NCBI GenBank assembly: GCA_010093705.1
Contig: MU006091.1
Coordinates: forward strand, 1,054,001 to 1,118,000
Origin: Patellaria atrata CBS 101060
Lineage: Eukaryota
Reading direction: 5' to 3'
Length of the DNA stretch: 64,000 nucleotides
Shown here: positions 41,619 to 53,097 of the stretch, piece by piece
How positions within the stretch are numbered: the stretch's first letter is position 1
How the letters are laid out: the number at the start of each line of letters is the position of its first letter
Program-made: the position numbers and the translations under genes
Notes under the pieces: generated by a model
Told to the model about the DNA's origin: nothing
What the model saw: only the letters and a program-made list of their open reading frames with translations
Databases searched by the model: none

Positions 41619-42614
41619 AGCATCCCACATCCCACATCCCCTCTGCAGCTCCATACCAGCGCCCTGTTCGGGTCGTCTCGAGAGCGAGAAAGCGTCGATC
41701 TCCTATTTACCCGGCGAGACGTCACAGTCTGATCACCAGAGCACGGTGGACACGGTTTCCAACTTTGTGGGTTCAAGTCTTGATGGGGCGTCATTGACGG
41801 TACGGGATAGGGTGGAATGGACCTCGTTGCGTGAATTGACGCTGAGGTTACATAAGAGCACCGGTTGTAAATTTGGTTGAGCGTTTGGTTTGTATGCGTC
41901 GGATGGGGGAGACGTATAGTATAGTGTATGTGTCTAGGAATACTTTGTACGCGTGGTCCACGTTACAGTACCACAGGATCTTACTAGCTCGTTGTCGGAA
42001 TGACATAGGGCTACCTAGGAAGGGAAGAGAGTAAGTAGTTCGGCTGGATACGTGGCAAAAGCGACGATGGGCAGAGTTGATGTGGAAGTGTTATCTCAGA
42101 GCGAGGGGATACTGGATATCGGCTAAGTGGGAAATACGTGTTGGGGTATGAGGGCACTATGATTGATCTCTGCTAGAGTCTACATAGCTTAATGATATAA
42201 AATGATCCTATGAGAGAATGATACCTATAAGAACCCTGACATCACCAGATGCCAAACCCATAGCGCATCCGACATATCGATTCGTCCCGCGCCCTGCGCC
42301 CCATTTTCCCGATCCTCCGCGAAAATGATAGGAGAAATTCATCTAGAAGAGTGACCGAAAACGATGAAAGATTACCTTGTATAGTAAAATGGATTTTCTC
42401 GCTCGCTGGCTCTGAAACAACGAATGTCGCTGATACCTTTCGTTCCAACCATCTGCCGGTGGTACCTGAATCCCGATAACAATGATGAAGCGGCGTGACG
42501 AGCGGATAGATCCTTGAGGTATTCCCCTGACGGGGGCAGCTCCAGACTCTGATCCTACAAGACAAGGGACGAGCCGCCGGCGGTGAGGCAGCCCGCTTGC
42601 GTAAGTTTGTTCTA

Positions 42615-45600
42615 CTACGGGCCATGGTACTCGCGGTATCTGTATTGATCCCCGTCAGCACTCAATCTTAGTGAAGTATGAAGCAAGCGGCGAATATAAA
42701 AATGATGCGTGGCCAGCAAAAGGCGATTGTGTAACGCGAATTCGCACCAGGTATTCAAGATCGAGCCAAGCTGGTTATGTAAGACAAATGTGACCAGCCC
42801 TGACGCAACGGAGAGCGGAGAAGGGGGATGGAGAAATGCATCTTGCATAGAGCTGCATCTACAGCGTGGGGGTTGTGAAATGCGGGAGGGTGGGATGAGA
42901 ATAAACACGGATTGCGTGATTAGAGCGTGGGGGTACAAGCGACAGCGAAATAGAGGGAAAGTGAAGCGAGAAGCAAGCGCGACGGCCGCTTTAGCCCACC
43001 GCAGCACGGCAAAGCCCGCCAAGTGAGTCGGTCTCTGCCAGGTTTGGCTTCCTCAAGGACGACAGCGCTGAGAAGGACCATATGCAAGGCGACGATGTGA
43101 AGGAGGGTCAGGTGCATAAGTGCGCTGGTAGGTGGGGAATAGGCGGGGAATAAAAAAACTTAGATATTCGAGCGACCCGAGCGCAGAGATACTGAAGAGG
43201 GTGTACGAGAGCAACTCCCACACGTCGGAAACGAGAGAGTGTTTTACTCAGGTAAGGAAATGAGAAATACGAGGCTGAAGATTGAGAGAATATCGGTACT
43301 GACCTCCAGATTCTAGCGCGCATATCGCCGCTGCCGGTTGCGAATAGATTACCGCTGGGTCCAGGAGCGACGGAGATGACTACAAAGGAGATGGATGTGT
43401 TAGCACGTGCTACAGTATCTCAACAACAGTCGATCGCCTTAAAGCCTCAATTTCGCGCCCCACACTGTGGCTTTGTACAAGAGAAGTTGGTGCGACATCC
43501 ATGACATACCTGAATTCTTGTGCCCTTGAAGCATGAGCTGGGCGACGCCGGTGGCCGGATCCCAGAATTGTACTCCGCGATCTTTCGAGCCGCTGAGAAC
43601 CCACTGACCGTTTGGTGTCAAAGCGACGCTCAAGACAAAGTCCTATAACATCCAATCAGCAATGTAATGAAAGGCCACGGTGAGAACAACTGGTATGAAC
43701 AAAGTGGAAAGAGGTACAATCGATTCATGTGGAATAATGAGGAGTGTGCCTTACCTTGTGACCTTCGAATGTCCTGATGCACTTACCACCCCGAGGACCG
43801 CCTCCTGCGACAACACGGGGTGGTGCACTCAATTCCCAAAGTTTGATAGTCTTGTCTAAGCTGCCACTGACAATGTCCGTGCCGTTGGGAGCGAAAGCAA
43901 CAGAGTACACGCTGTCCTTATGACCAACTTCTCCTTCCAGGCGTTCCACAAGGTAACCAGTTTGAGTATCCCATACTCGAACACTCTTGTCGAGGGAACC
44001 TGCTGCCACAAAACGGTTATCAGGAGAAATCGCAACGGTAGTAACTCCATCTTCAATCTGTAGAGAGAGCATTTGCTGATTGTTCTCAATATCCCATAGG
44101 CGTACCGTGCGGTCACCACTGCCGGATGCGATCATGCGCCCATTGCGAGAGTAGTCCAGAGAATAGATGTCTTGATCATGCCCGGTAAATTGATGTTTAA
44201 TAGATCGGCTATGGATATCCCACACCTACGATCTTCGTTAGCTTCATGTCGAAAATACACGATGCGTAGAATCTCACATACCCTGATGATTCTATCCTCA
44301 GCGCCGGTGGCGAGGAATCTTCCATCGGGGCTGAAACAGACGCTACGAATATACAGATCACCATCTTCTGGAATATTGGGATCTTGTAGATGCGTCACTA
44401 GAGAACCAGTCTCCACATCAAATATCTGAGCAGAGCGATTACAACCAGTAGCAACATATCTACCGTCGGCACTGAATCGGACACAGCAGACAACACTCTG
44501 GTGTGGAAGGGTATGGACCAAATCAACATCAAGAACACGTCTAGTCTTAGGATTGAAAATCGCAAACCAATCCTGTCCTACACGTTTGAGCTCATCAGGC
44601 ATACGTTCCGGGTCCAAGTCAGAGAGAGAATTGCCCACGTCGCGCATTTCAAACTGCTGAGATGGTGGATGCTGCGGTGGGATTCGAGAGACTTGACTCT
44701 GCTGCGGAGGAGGGGTAGGTCGTGGTACCTGTGGAGAACCAGGATACGGTGCTGCTTGAGTTTGTTGGGGAGTAGCTGGGCCTACTGGACCACGCCCTGG
44801 GCCAGCACGTGGCTTACCTGGGCCGGGTGATGCGGTCGTCTGAGGTGCCTGTTGACCGTAACCTAAGATGAACGTTAGTTGGACTATGGAAGAACAACCC
44901 CATGTTCCTATTTTAGACGGAGGTTGTCGGCTTACTTGGGTTTTCTAATTTCACGGTCGTCCGAGGAGCGTTCATTGGATACTCACCATTAACAGGGCCG
45001 GGTTGATAGCCAGGGAATGGCGCGTGTGATGGAGGTCCAGGAGCTGGATTCAAGCCTGGAGGGCCATGAGGCATTTGCCCAGGCAGCCCTTGGGACTGAG
45101 GCTGTTCCTGGGGTGGAGGAGCGAGTCCAGGTCCACCATGAGCGGCCGCACCTGCCATTATCCCACCGAAGAGGTTGCTTGGACCATGACCGATTGCTGG
45201 AGGAGGTGGTTGCGAAGGACCAACGTGTGAGCCTCCAACGTGCGATGATTGACTAGCACCTCCACGTGCTTCGAGTTCCCGTCGAAGTTGGGTGATATCC
45301 TCTTCGTATCTAGCTCCTCGTTAGTATCAAATCGACGTGTGAACATTGTTTTTGCGGTCGTGGTTGTACATACTTGGCCTTCAAGGCAAGATGCTGCTGC
45401 TCAAGTTGAAAGACCTTCTGACGGACTAAGTCCATTTCTTGAACTTGCGCATGGACTATGGATCGCTGTCAGTAACATTCGTTTGCAAGCTTTGACGTTC
45501 AATATAGGATCATTTCCAAAGTAATGCATAGCAAGTAATCTAAGCTGTATGTGGACTCGAGTAAAATTGTACTTTCGGGTTACTTTGCGCGGACAGATAA

Positions 45601-45765
45601 TGGGTAGTTACATAGACTTTACGGAATACTGTAGAACTCACGTTGACGTTCATACTCTGTCGCACGCCCAGCTTCAGTATCGAATTCCTGGCGAATGCCT
45701 TCCAAAAGCTCGGTCAATCGGTTATTTGGCGCTCCCGGCACCATACCGCGATGGGCGTTATACAT
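42615..45765 (-). CDS. TUP1: WD40 transcriptional co-repressor TUP1/RCO-1
   Basis: N-terminal MYNAHRGM...[15 protein letters not shown]40 repeats [38 protein letters not shown]. Exons 45642-45765, 45374-45455, 44987-45309, 44282-44862, 43755-44225, 43510-43642, 43304-43379, 42615-42639. Confidence 0.95.
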
Positions 45766-47096
45766 CTTTCAAAATGGATGGCAAACAACAAACTGTTGGT
45801 AGGTATACCGTGCTCCACGCGCAGTTTATATAGACCTATAGGAATGGGCAGATGAACCTCCTGATCATAAAGCTCAATCTATCGCGCCTGTAGTCGTGCT
45901 CGTCTGGTAGGGGGCTTTTGTCGTGTGGTTCCAACGTCGATGCAGTCAGACGGGATACAGGTAGAGAGTTATCAGACGAGGCTCGCGATCCCTGGGATTG
46001 GACGAGTACGGGTCAGAATCTGTCGCGACAATGTGGTTGATTTCGGACGAGATGGTTGAGGGGGTTTGGGGGGGAGTGGAGATGGAGAATAATGAGCGAA
46101 AGGAAAGCGAAAGAGCAGCTCAACCTCAGGCGGAATGATTTGGGAGTCTTGGAAGATCAAGGCTCAAGGGCTCAACCTAAAAGAAGTCCAGTCCAGGGCC
46201 TCAAGGCTGTTTGGCCTCATGGCTTGGGGCGTAAGTTTCTCGGTAATGTAGACCCCTGCTGGATGCGTTCACGGACCACACACGTCTGTATTGTGGAACA
46301 CAAGCACCTGTACTGTGTTACGTACGGTAAACTAAGCGGGAGTACGACATACAGGTCGGGTTATTGTTAGTATTACGGTATTTTATGGTCCGTTTCTTAT
46401 AGACAATCAAATCAAGCGTCTAAAGTAGCATCATTCTGTACTGTACTCTTCTCCGTACCTGTAACTAACAGCTTCTAGGTAGGTTCTTGTAAACTCGGGT
46501 AACCATCCGACGGGAGAGATCCATGCGGCGTTCTTACATCGACCAATCGGTCCCAGTAGTTCTATGGTAAGCGATCTGCCTGTCCTGCCCAATGTTCATC
46601 CTGTTCAGGATTAACGTCAGATCGTTCATTCTTCGGCTATACAGAGGTATATTCATAAGAGACAACCACCACCCATCATCTTCTCATCATCCCAAAGTAA
46701 CGGGGCCGAATATTCGTCGTATCAACAGCAAAGTAACATGGATTAGATGTCTCCTTGTGCATCCTCCTTATGATGATAGACCATTGGAGTAAGTTCATCA
46801 TGATAGAATGAATTGAACCGTGTTTGATACTTGAAAAATGCAGAGTTCTGTAAAAGAATAGAGACACTTCTTGATAAATCATGCAGGAGTATCACGCGTA
46901 AGTATTTTCGGAGGGCTAGGTGTCCAATCTCATACCGTATCCTTCAGCAAGTCTTGACTCTTCTTGACGGGAGTACCATAATCGACTACGCTCCTTGCAC
47001 TGAGCTATTTTCATCCCATCTACCTCGTCCATTTCGTCCTCCGTGTACATAGGTTTCCTTCTAGTCACGTATTCACTAGAAATAGTTAGGGATACC

Positions 47097-49589
47097 ATGC
47101 GTGAAGACCCCTCCAAATATCATCCGCGGGATTGCGCCTGGTATACAGCGGATACGCCCAATGCCCTAGAGGAGCTCCTTCACGGCTTTGAGGCCCAATC
47201 CTCAGTCTCGCATCTGAGGAAGCTTGACGAAGCTAGGTCTTCCAAGAAGCACTCAGTCGATTTGCAGGTAAGAATATCTGTATAACCAAAATGATTCCGA
47301 CAAATGCTAAGCTTGCATGGATCACGCAGCCGCTTTCTAAGGTATCTCCATGTCCAGAGTAGAGGAGGATATGATACTACTAGGACTCGCTATTCACGAT
47401 AGAACATATTGCACCGACCTCACGGTCCAAACGATCAGCCGCTCACCTAGGACGTCTCACGGCGACCAAGGACATGACGCCACGGCGGACTATGTCACTT
47501 TTTATGTACGAAAGTATGCTGGAGAGCATCTATATAAGTTCATCGGCGCTGGTATCGCAGAGAAATCTTTACAGCTAAGCCCACAACTCTCAACAAAACT
47601 GTGGTGGGAGCTTGACATTGTGTCTATGGTCTTTAAGAAGCAGCCTGTTCCATCCCAGGAAGAGGAAGTTTACACAAGTCCTGATGAAGAAGCGGATTCA
47701 ATGGCTAGAAAGTGTATGATATGAAGCAAAAACTCCTACCTCTTCTTCTCGTCGTGACATTCCCTACGCTGGCGCTCAACGCGGCTTAGATCTCCGATGT
47801 AAACGAAGTAAAAAGAGTACGGATGGCCTTCAAGTGTACAATCATACAGGCAATAGGCGCTGGTTGAGGTTGCAGAACAGAAAATTCTCAGAAGCAGGTG
47901 TCCGCTGGTCAAAGTCTAATAACCGTAATGGAGAAATAATATCCACTTCCAACTGACATGATGATAGGCACTTCGGACCAAACCAGCAACCCCAACCACA
48001 GATTGGATATCGGAACGAAGTCAAAGTGGATGTAAGTAGCTTAATTAGGATGATATTATCTCAACAGTATGCTGATTCCGTGAGTCAACGCACTTGGGAC
48101 GCGACTATGAAGTTCGCCAAGTCTCTCAAGAAACGTAACACCCGCATAGCATTTTTCAACAGCACACCACAGGGTGGTGGAGTAGCCTTGATGCGACACG
48201 CTTTAGTCCGATTCTTGCGCTTATCGGTGTAGATGTCAAGTGGTAGGTATCATTCGCCCGTTACCGCGTTCATTATCTGAGTCAATTACCTTTAGTTACG
48301 TACCGAACCCCAAACCAAAGGTTTATCATATAACTAAGACAAATCACAACGTACTATAAGGAGTAGGACCGCCTAATGAACAACTGTCAGAGGACCAGAT
48401 AACTACTCTGACCGCTTGGTGCGAGCGAAACGCGGAGAGATTCTGGATGAAGGATTGGGGGCCGTTATCTCATCATACGAAGGGTGGAGCAGATATCATT
48501 ATCGTTGACGACACTCAAATGCCTATGTTGGTCACATTAGCTAAAGGGGTAGATCCCGAACGTCCAGTAGTCTTCAGAAGTCACAATCAGGTCCGCTCAG
48601 ACTTACCAGACACACCGGGTACACCAACAGCCGAAGTGTGGGATTTGCTTTGGAATCTCGTCAAACGTGCCGACCTCTTCGTCAGCAATCCGGTTCGCGA
48701 GTTTGTACCTTGTTCCGTTGACTTCAAAACCGTAGGTTATCTACTTACTGCGACAGATTGGCTTGATGGCCTCAACAAGCCCATCAGTGACTGGGATTCC
48801 CAATACTATTTCCACATTCTAAACACGGAATACTACAAGGGGAATATACCGGAGTTGGAGTATCCTGGTCGTGACTATATCGTACAGATTGCCCGTTTCG
48901 ATCCATCAAAAGGCATCCCGGATGTACTTGCCTCGTACGCAGAACTCCGTCGCAAGTATATGAGTAGCATGTCTATTGGCGACATCCCACAACTGGTGAT
49001 AGCTGGTCATGGCGCGATAGATGATCCAGATGGTACGCGAATTCTGGACGAAACGCTGCAGCTGTTGGACACTAAATACAAAGACCTAAAGAAGGACGTT
49101 CTCGTCATGCGTCTTGGACCTATAGATCAGATCCTCAATACTCTCATGTCTCATGCGGAGGTTGCCCTCCAGCTCTCGACTCGAGAGGAATTTGAAGTCA
49201 AAGTTTCCGAAGCCTTACATAAAGGAATCCCCATAATCGCGACAAAAGCTGGAGGGATTCCCCTATAAGTCAACCACAATGAGAGCAGCTTTCTGGTTGG
49301 GCATGGAGACATTAGTACCGTTGCAAAGTATCTCAATGATTTACTTACCGACAGCGAATTGTACACGAGGATGAGTGAGTATGCCGCAAGTCATGTCAGC
49401 GACGAGGTTAGCACCGTGGGTAATGCACTCAGTTGGTTCTACCTCGTGGATACGTTAACGAAGGGGGAGAAGTTGGAGCCCAACTGCAGATGGATCAATG
49501 ATATGACTAGGGAGGTCGCGGGAGTTCCATATGAAGACAGGGAGACCAAACTTCCTAGGGACGAAAAATTGAACCTACAGTCTAAGTAG
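47097..49589 (+). pseudogene. Trehalose synthase/trehalose phosphorylase (ccg-9-like, GT4) pseudogene
   Basis: FFNSTPQGGGVALMRHAL, QIARFDPSKGIPDV, LQLSTREEFEVKVSEALHKG. Disabled by frameshifts (about 47335 and 48222), in-frame TAA at 48357-48359 and 49266-49268, and an apparent lost GT donor at 47721. Confidence 0.88.
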
Positions 49590-50233
49590 GAAACATTTAT
49601 TACAGAATGTAGGGACCTAAGCAATCTACCAGTGGATAACATAATGCATTACCATCCCTCCCTTAGGTTGAAGTCAACAACAAAACCTCGCTTTAAAGCC
49701 ATAGAATGCCGTAATTGAAGAGCTTATGGGCAATAAGGTAGTAATATGATGAAGACGTAATATCTTAAAGAACTGCCTTGTCCAAACAGTCCTTGATCTA
49801 CAAAACGGAATATAATAACCCAGGTGTGCACCAGCATTAACCTAATAGTATTAATTCAGTGCATACTGTACTCTGAGGCTGGTGAGGTGATATTGTTGCT
49901 TAGTCAATGGCTTAGTCAGTTACTCAAATACAAACGGTGAACTCGAAGTCCAATTCTAAGTGCACCAATCGGTAAATTTTCGGAATTATGCAGAGATCGG
50001 ATTGTGGCTCAAGCTCCCTGCAGCCGCACAACTCTCCACCAAAGTTTTTCTACCAACCTGACGTCCACTTACTTTCTCACAACCTCAACCTTCTCAACTG
50101 TCGCACAATTTATTTACCTCGCGGCGCATTTCTTATTCGTTATTCACTTCTTGACTAATAGAGTAGTCTCTATTCACTACACCCTTACGTCCACACATCT
50201 CTCTATTCTCCATCACCCAAAGAAGCCGATATA

Positions 50234-51890
50234 ATGGCTACGGAAGACTTGATCGTTAAACCTTCAAGCGAGAAACCTACCGTTGATGAGAGTAAAATGC
50301 CGGCTCTACTAAGGAATTTCAATTCCAGTGCGTTTTTTGTCCTCTGCCTCCCACCTATCTGATCGGTGGTAACTGATGGTGATTTCCAGTGGAAATTCTA
50401 AACGCAGACCATACCCCGATCGAAGGTTCTGGCAGCGAGCCGCAAAACCGGAAACTTTCAGATTACATCAGCTATGGTGTAATTAACCTGGATAAGAATT
50501 CGAATCCTTCAAGTCATGAAGTAGTCTCCTGGGTGAAGAAGACTCTAAGGCAAGCAAACTTCTCCTTCAAGGATTAACCATCTAACCTGCGCATTTAAAG
50601 GGTACAAAAGACTGGCCACAGTGGAACGCTTGATCCCAAAGTCACAGGTGTTTTAATCGTCGCGATTGATCGCGCAACGCGTCTAGTAAAGTCACAGCAA
50701 GGCGCCGGTAAGGAGTACATCTGCGTATGCACGTTTCACAACAAGTTGCCTGGTGGGGAAGCACAATTTCGCCGCACGCTAGAAATCTTGACTGGGACCC
50801 TCCTCCAGAGGCCTCCAGTTATCTCGGCTGTAAAACGCGTGCTCCGCACGCGTACAACGACTATCTGTGAGGTCCTGGAATACGAGGATCAGCGTAACAT
50901 GGCAATCTTCAGAGTCGAATGTGAAGCTGGGACATATATTCGGTCTCTTTGTGTTCACTTGGGTATCTTGACCGGTGCCGGTGCGCACATGGAAGAGCTT
51001 CGTCGCACCCGAAGCGGCGTCATGGACGAATACACGCATTTCATGACAATGCAAGACGTCCATGATGCTCAGCACTTGTATGACACCGTAAAGGATGAAG
51101 CTTACCTGCGCACAGTTATCCAACCCTTGGAAAGTATTCTAGTAGGCTACAAGCGTCTCCTCATCAAAGACACTTGTGTGAATGCGATCTGCTATGGCGC
51201 CAAGTTGATGAGGCCAGGCCTATTGCGTTACGGTTGGTTCTGCCAATGTTTTCCAATCAATCCTTGTTACTAACTAGACGTTAGACACTAACATATCTGA
51301 GGGTGACGACATTATCATGATCACATGCAAAGGCGAAGCGATCGCCTTGGGCTTTGCAGTCATGGGGTCTTCCATGATCAAGTCTACCAATCATGGTGTG
51401 ATCGCGAAAATCCGGCGTGTCATCATGGATCGCGATACATATCCCAGACGCTGGGGTCTTGGTCCTATTGCTCTCAAGAAAAAGCAAATGAAAGTTGCTG
51501 GCGAGCTCGATGTATGCTTCTATCGACGTCCTCTCTTTTACTTTACTTCAAGCTAATGTTCTTCAGAAATACGGTCGCCCGAACGATAACACCCCAAAGG
51601 ACTGGATGAAGGATTACAAGGACTATGATGTGCACCCGGACCTAGTGGACTTCGAAATTCCTGACCAGCCAGATCTTCCATTTTTTGATCCTGAGATCGA
51701 AAACCTTACCGACCCCGACAACTCTGACCACGACAAGAAGAAGTCCCATAAACGCAAACGAACCGATGAAGGCTCAGATGACAAATCTGAGAAGAAGAAG
51801 TCTAAGAAGCCCAAGAAGGACAAAAAGGAGAAGAAGGCTAGGAAGCACAAGGTTGATCAAGCTGCAACTGAAGGTCTTGAGTACGACTAG
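50234..51890 (+). CDS. CBF5: H/ACA RNP pseudouridine synthase Cbf5/dyskerin, divergent (478 aa)
   Basis: [14 protein letters not shown] (catalytic Asp present), [27 protein letters not shown] region, [17 protein letters not shown], lysine-rich tail. Exons 50234-50327, 50390-50549, 50601-51232, 51285-51511, 51567-51890 join in frame. Confidence 0.93.
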
Positions 51891-53097
51891 GTCTTGGTCG
51901 CTTGGTTTCCGAATGTTGTTACGTTTTCTTGAGACGATTCATGTTCATGTGCATGTTTGTGAAAGCTGATGGCATGCTATCCGGCGTTCATACCCTGGTT
52001 GTGGTCAAGACGGGCGAAAAGGTGTTTTGGTGTCACAGGCTTTGTGCAAGTTTTCTTTGGTTGGATCATACTTTACTTATGGATTGTCCTTCTGGTCGTT
52101 TGCGATTCACATTGGTGTTTCTGGACCTGCTTCAATTTCTTGTCTATAATCTTGCCTCTTCTACGAGTAGGCGCAGGTGGCATCATCTTCATGTTCGCCC
52201 ATTGCGTACATCATTGCATACATCATTGCATACAAGAGTAGATAGTACTTTATGTGCTCTATCAGATCAGATTCAAATACAGTTCTCATCTTTGCAAAAA
52301 GCTCCCTTTTAACGTAAACTACTGCACCGCTCTGCTTTCTTCATGCTTTGACTGCCCCGCACCTGAGACTTCCAAGCGAGGCAAATAAGAGCGGCAAAAA
52401 CCAAGGGGGTGTGCTTGATGGGGGAGGATAGGTTGATGATAGCTAAGGTATCTGCAAAGATTATGGATTTGTTCCTAATAATATCCGTAGTACCACATTA
52501 TTAGAGGGAGCATCAAGATATGCAGGTCTTGAGCTTGTGGCGTTGGGGAAGTGGGTGTTTATCTATATAATACCCTTGGGGCGATTTCAAGCACGAGAGC
52601 ACTTTAAGCTATTACATATTTGAGATGAATACATATGGCGCAGATAAAAGACCTGCTTTCACCACATCCTTTTCCCCTTCATTCTTTTTGCGCTCGTTTT
52701 ATGACTAAGGGACGAGTGGTATTTAATTATTTAGGCAGTGAGGGGACCGGGATAGATATCATAGCTACTTTGTAGCACCTTCCGAGTTCGCTACTGATAG
52801 CTACCTTACCTTATTTACCTTATTTACCTTATACCCGCTATCTTGCCTTAACGGACGGGACGGTAGAGGAACAGTACCTTACTTTAACCCACAGTAGCTC
52901 TATCTGAATCTGATAGAACAACCTAACACGTTTTGTTTTTGTTTTTGTGGGGTGTTGGACCATTTACATCATTTATCTTTTCCCCTCCATTCTAAATACA
53001 AAACTAAACAACCCGGTTTTTTTTTGGTTTTTTTGTTTTTTTGAGGAATTCGGAAGTGAAAGAGGCCTAACTGCGAGATATTTTGTTCAGGGAGCGC

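Noticed and set aside
41422..41880. 152-aa ORF with SPSF repeats
   Set aside because: No ATG start; openness partly explained by the 24-bp tandem repeat.
42640..43303. TPP riboswitch in the long TUP1 intron
   Set aside because: The CTGAGA and CTTGAT...GATAAT core motifs are not present, and the gene is unrelated to thiamine.
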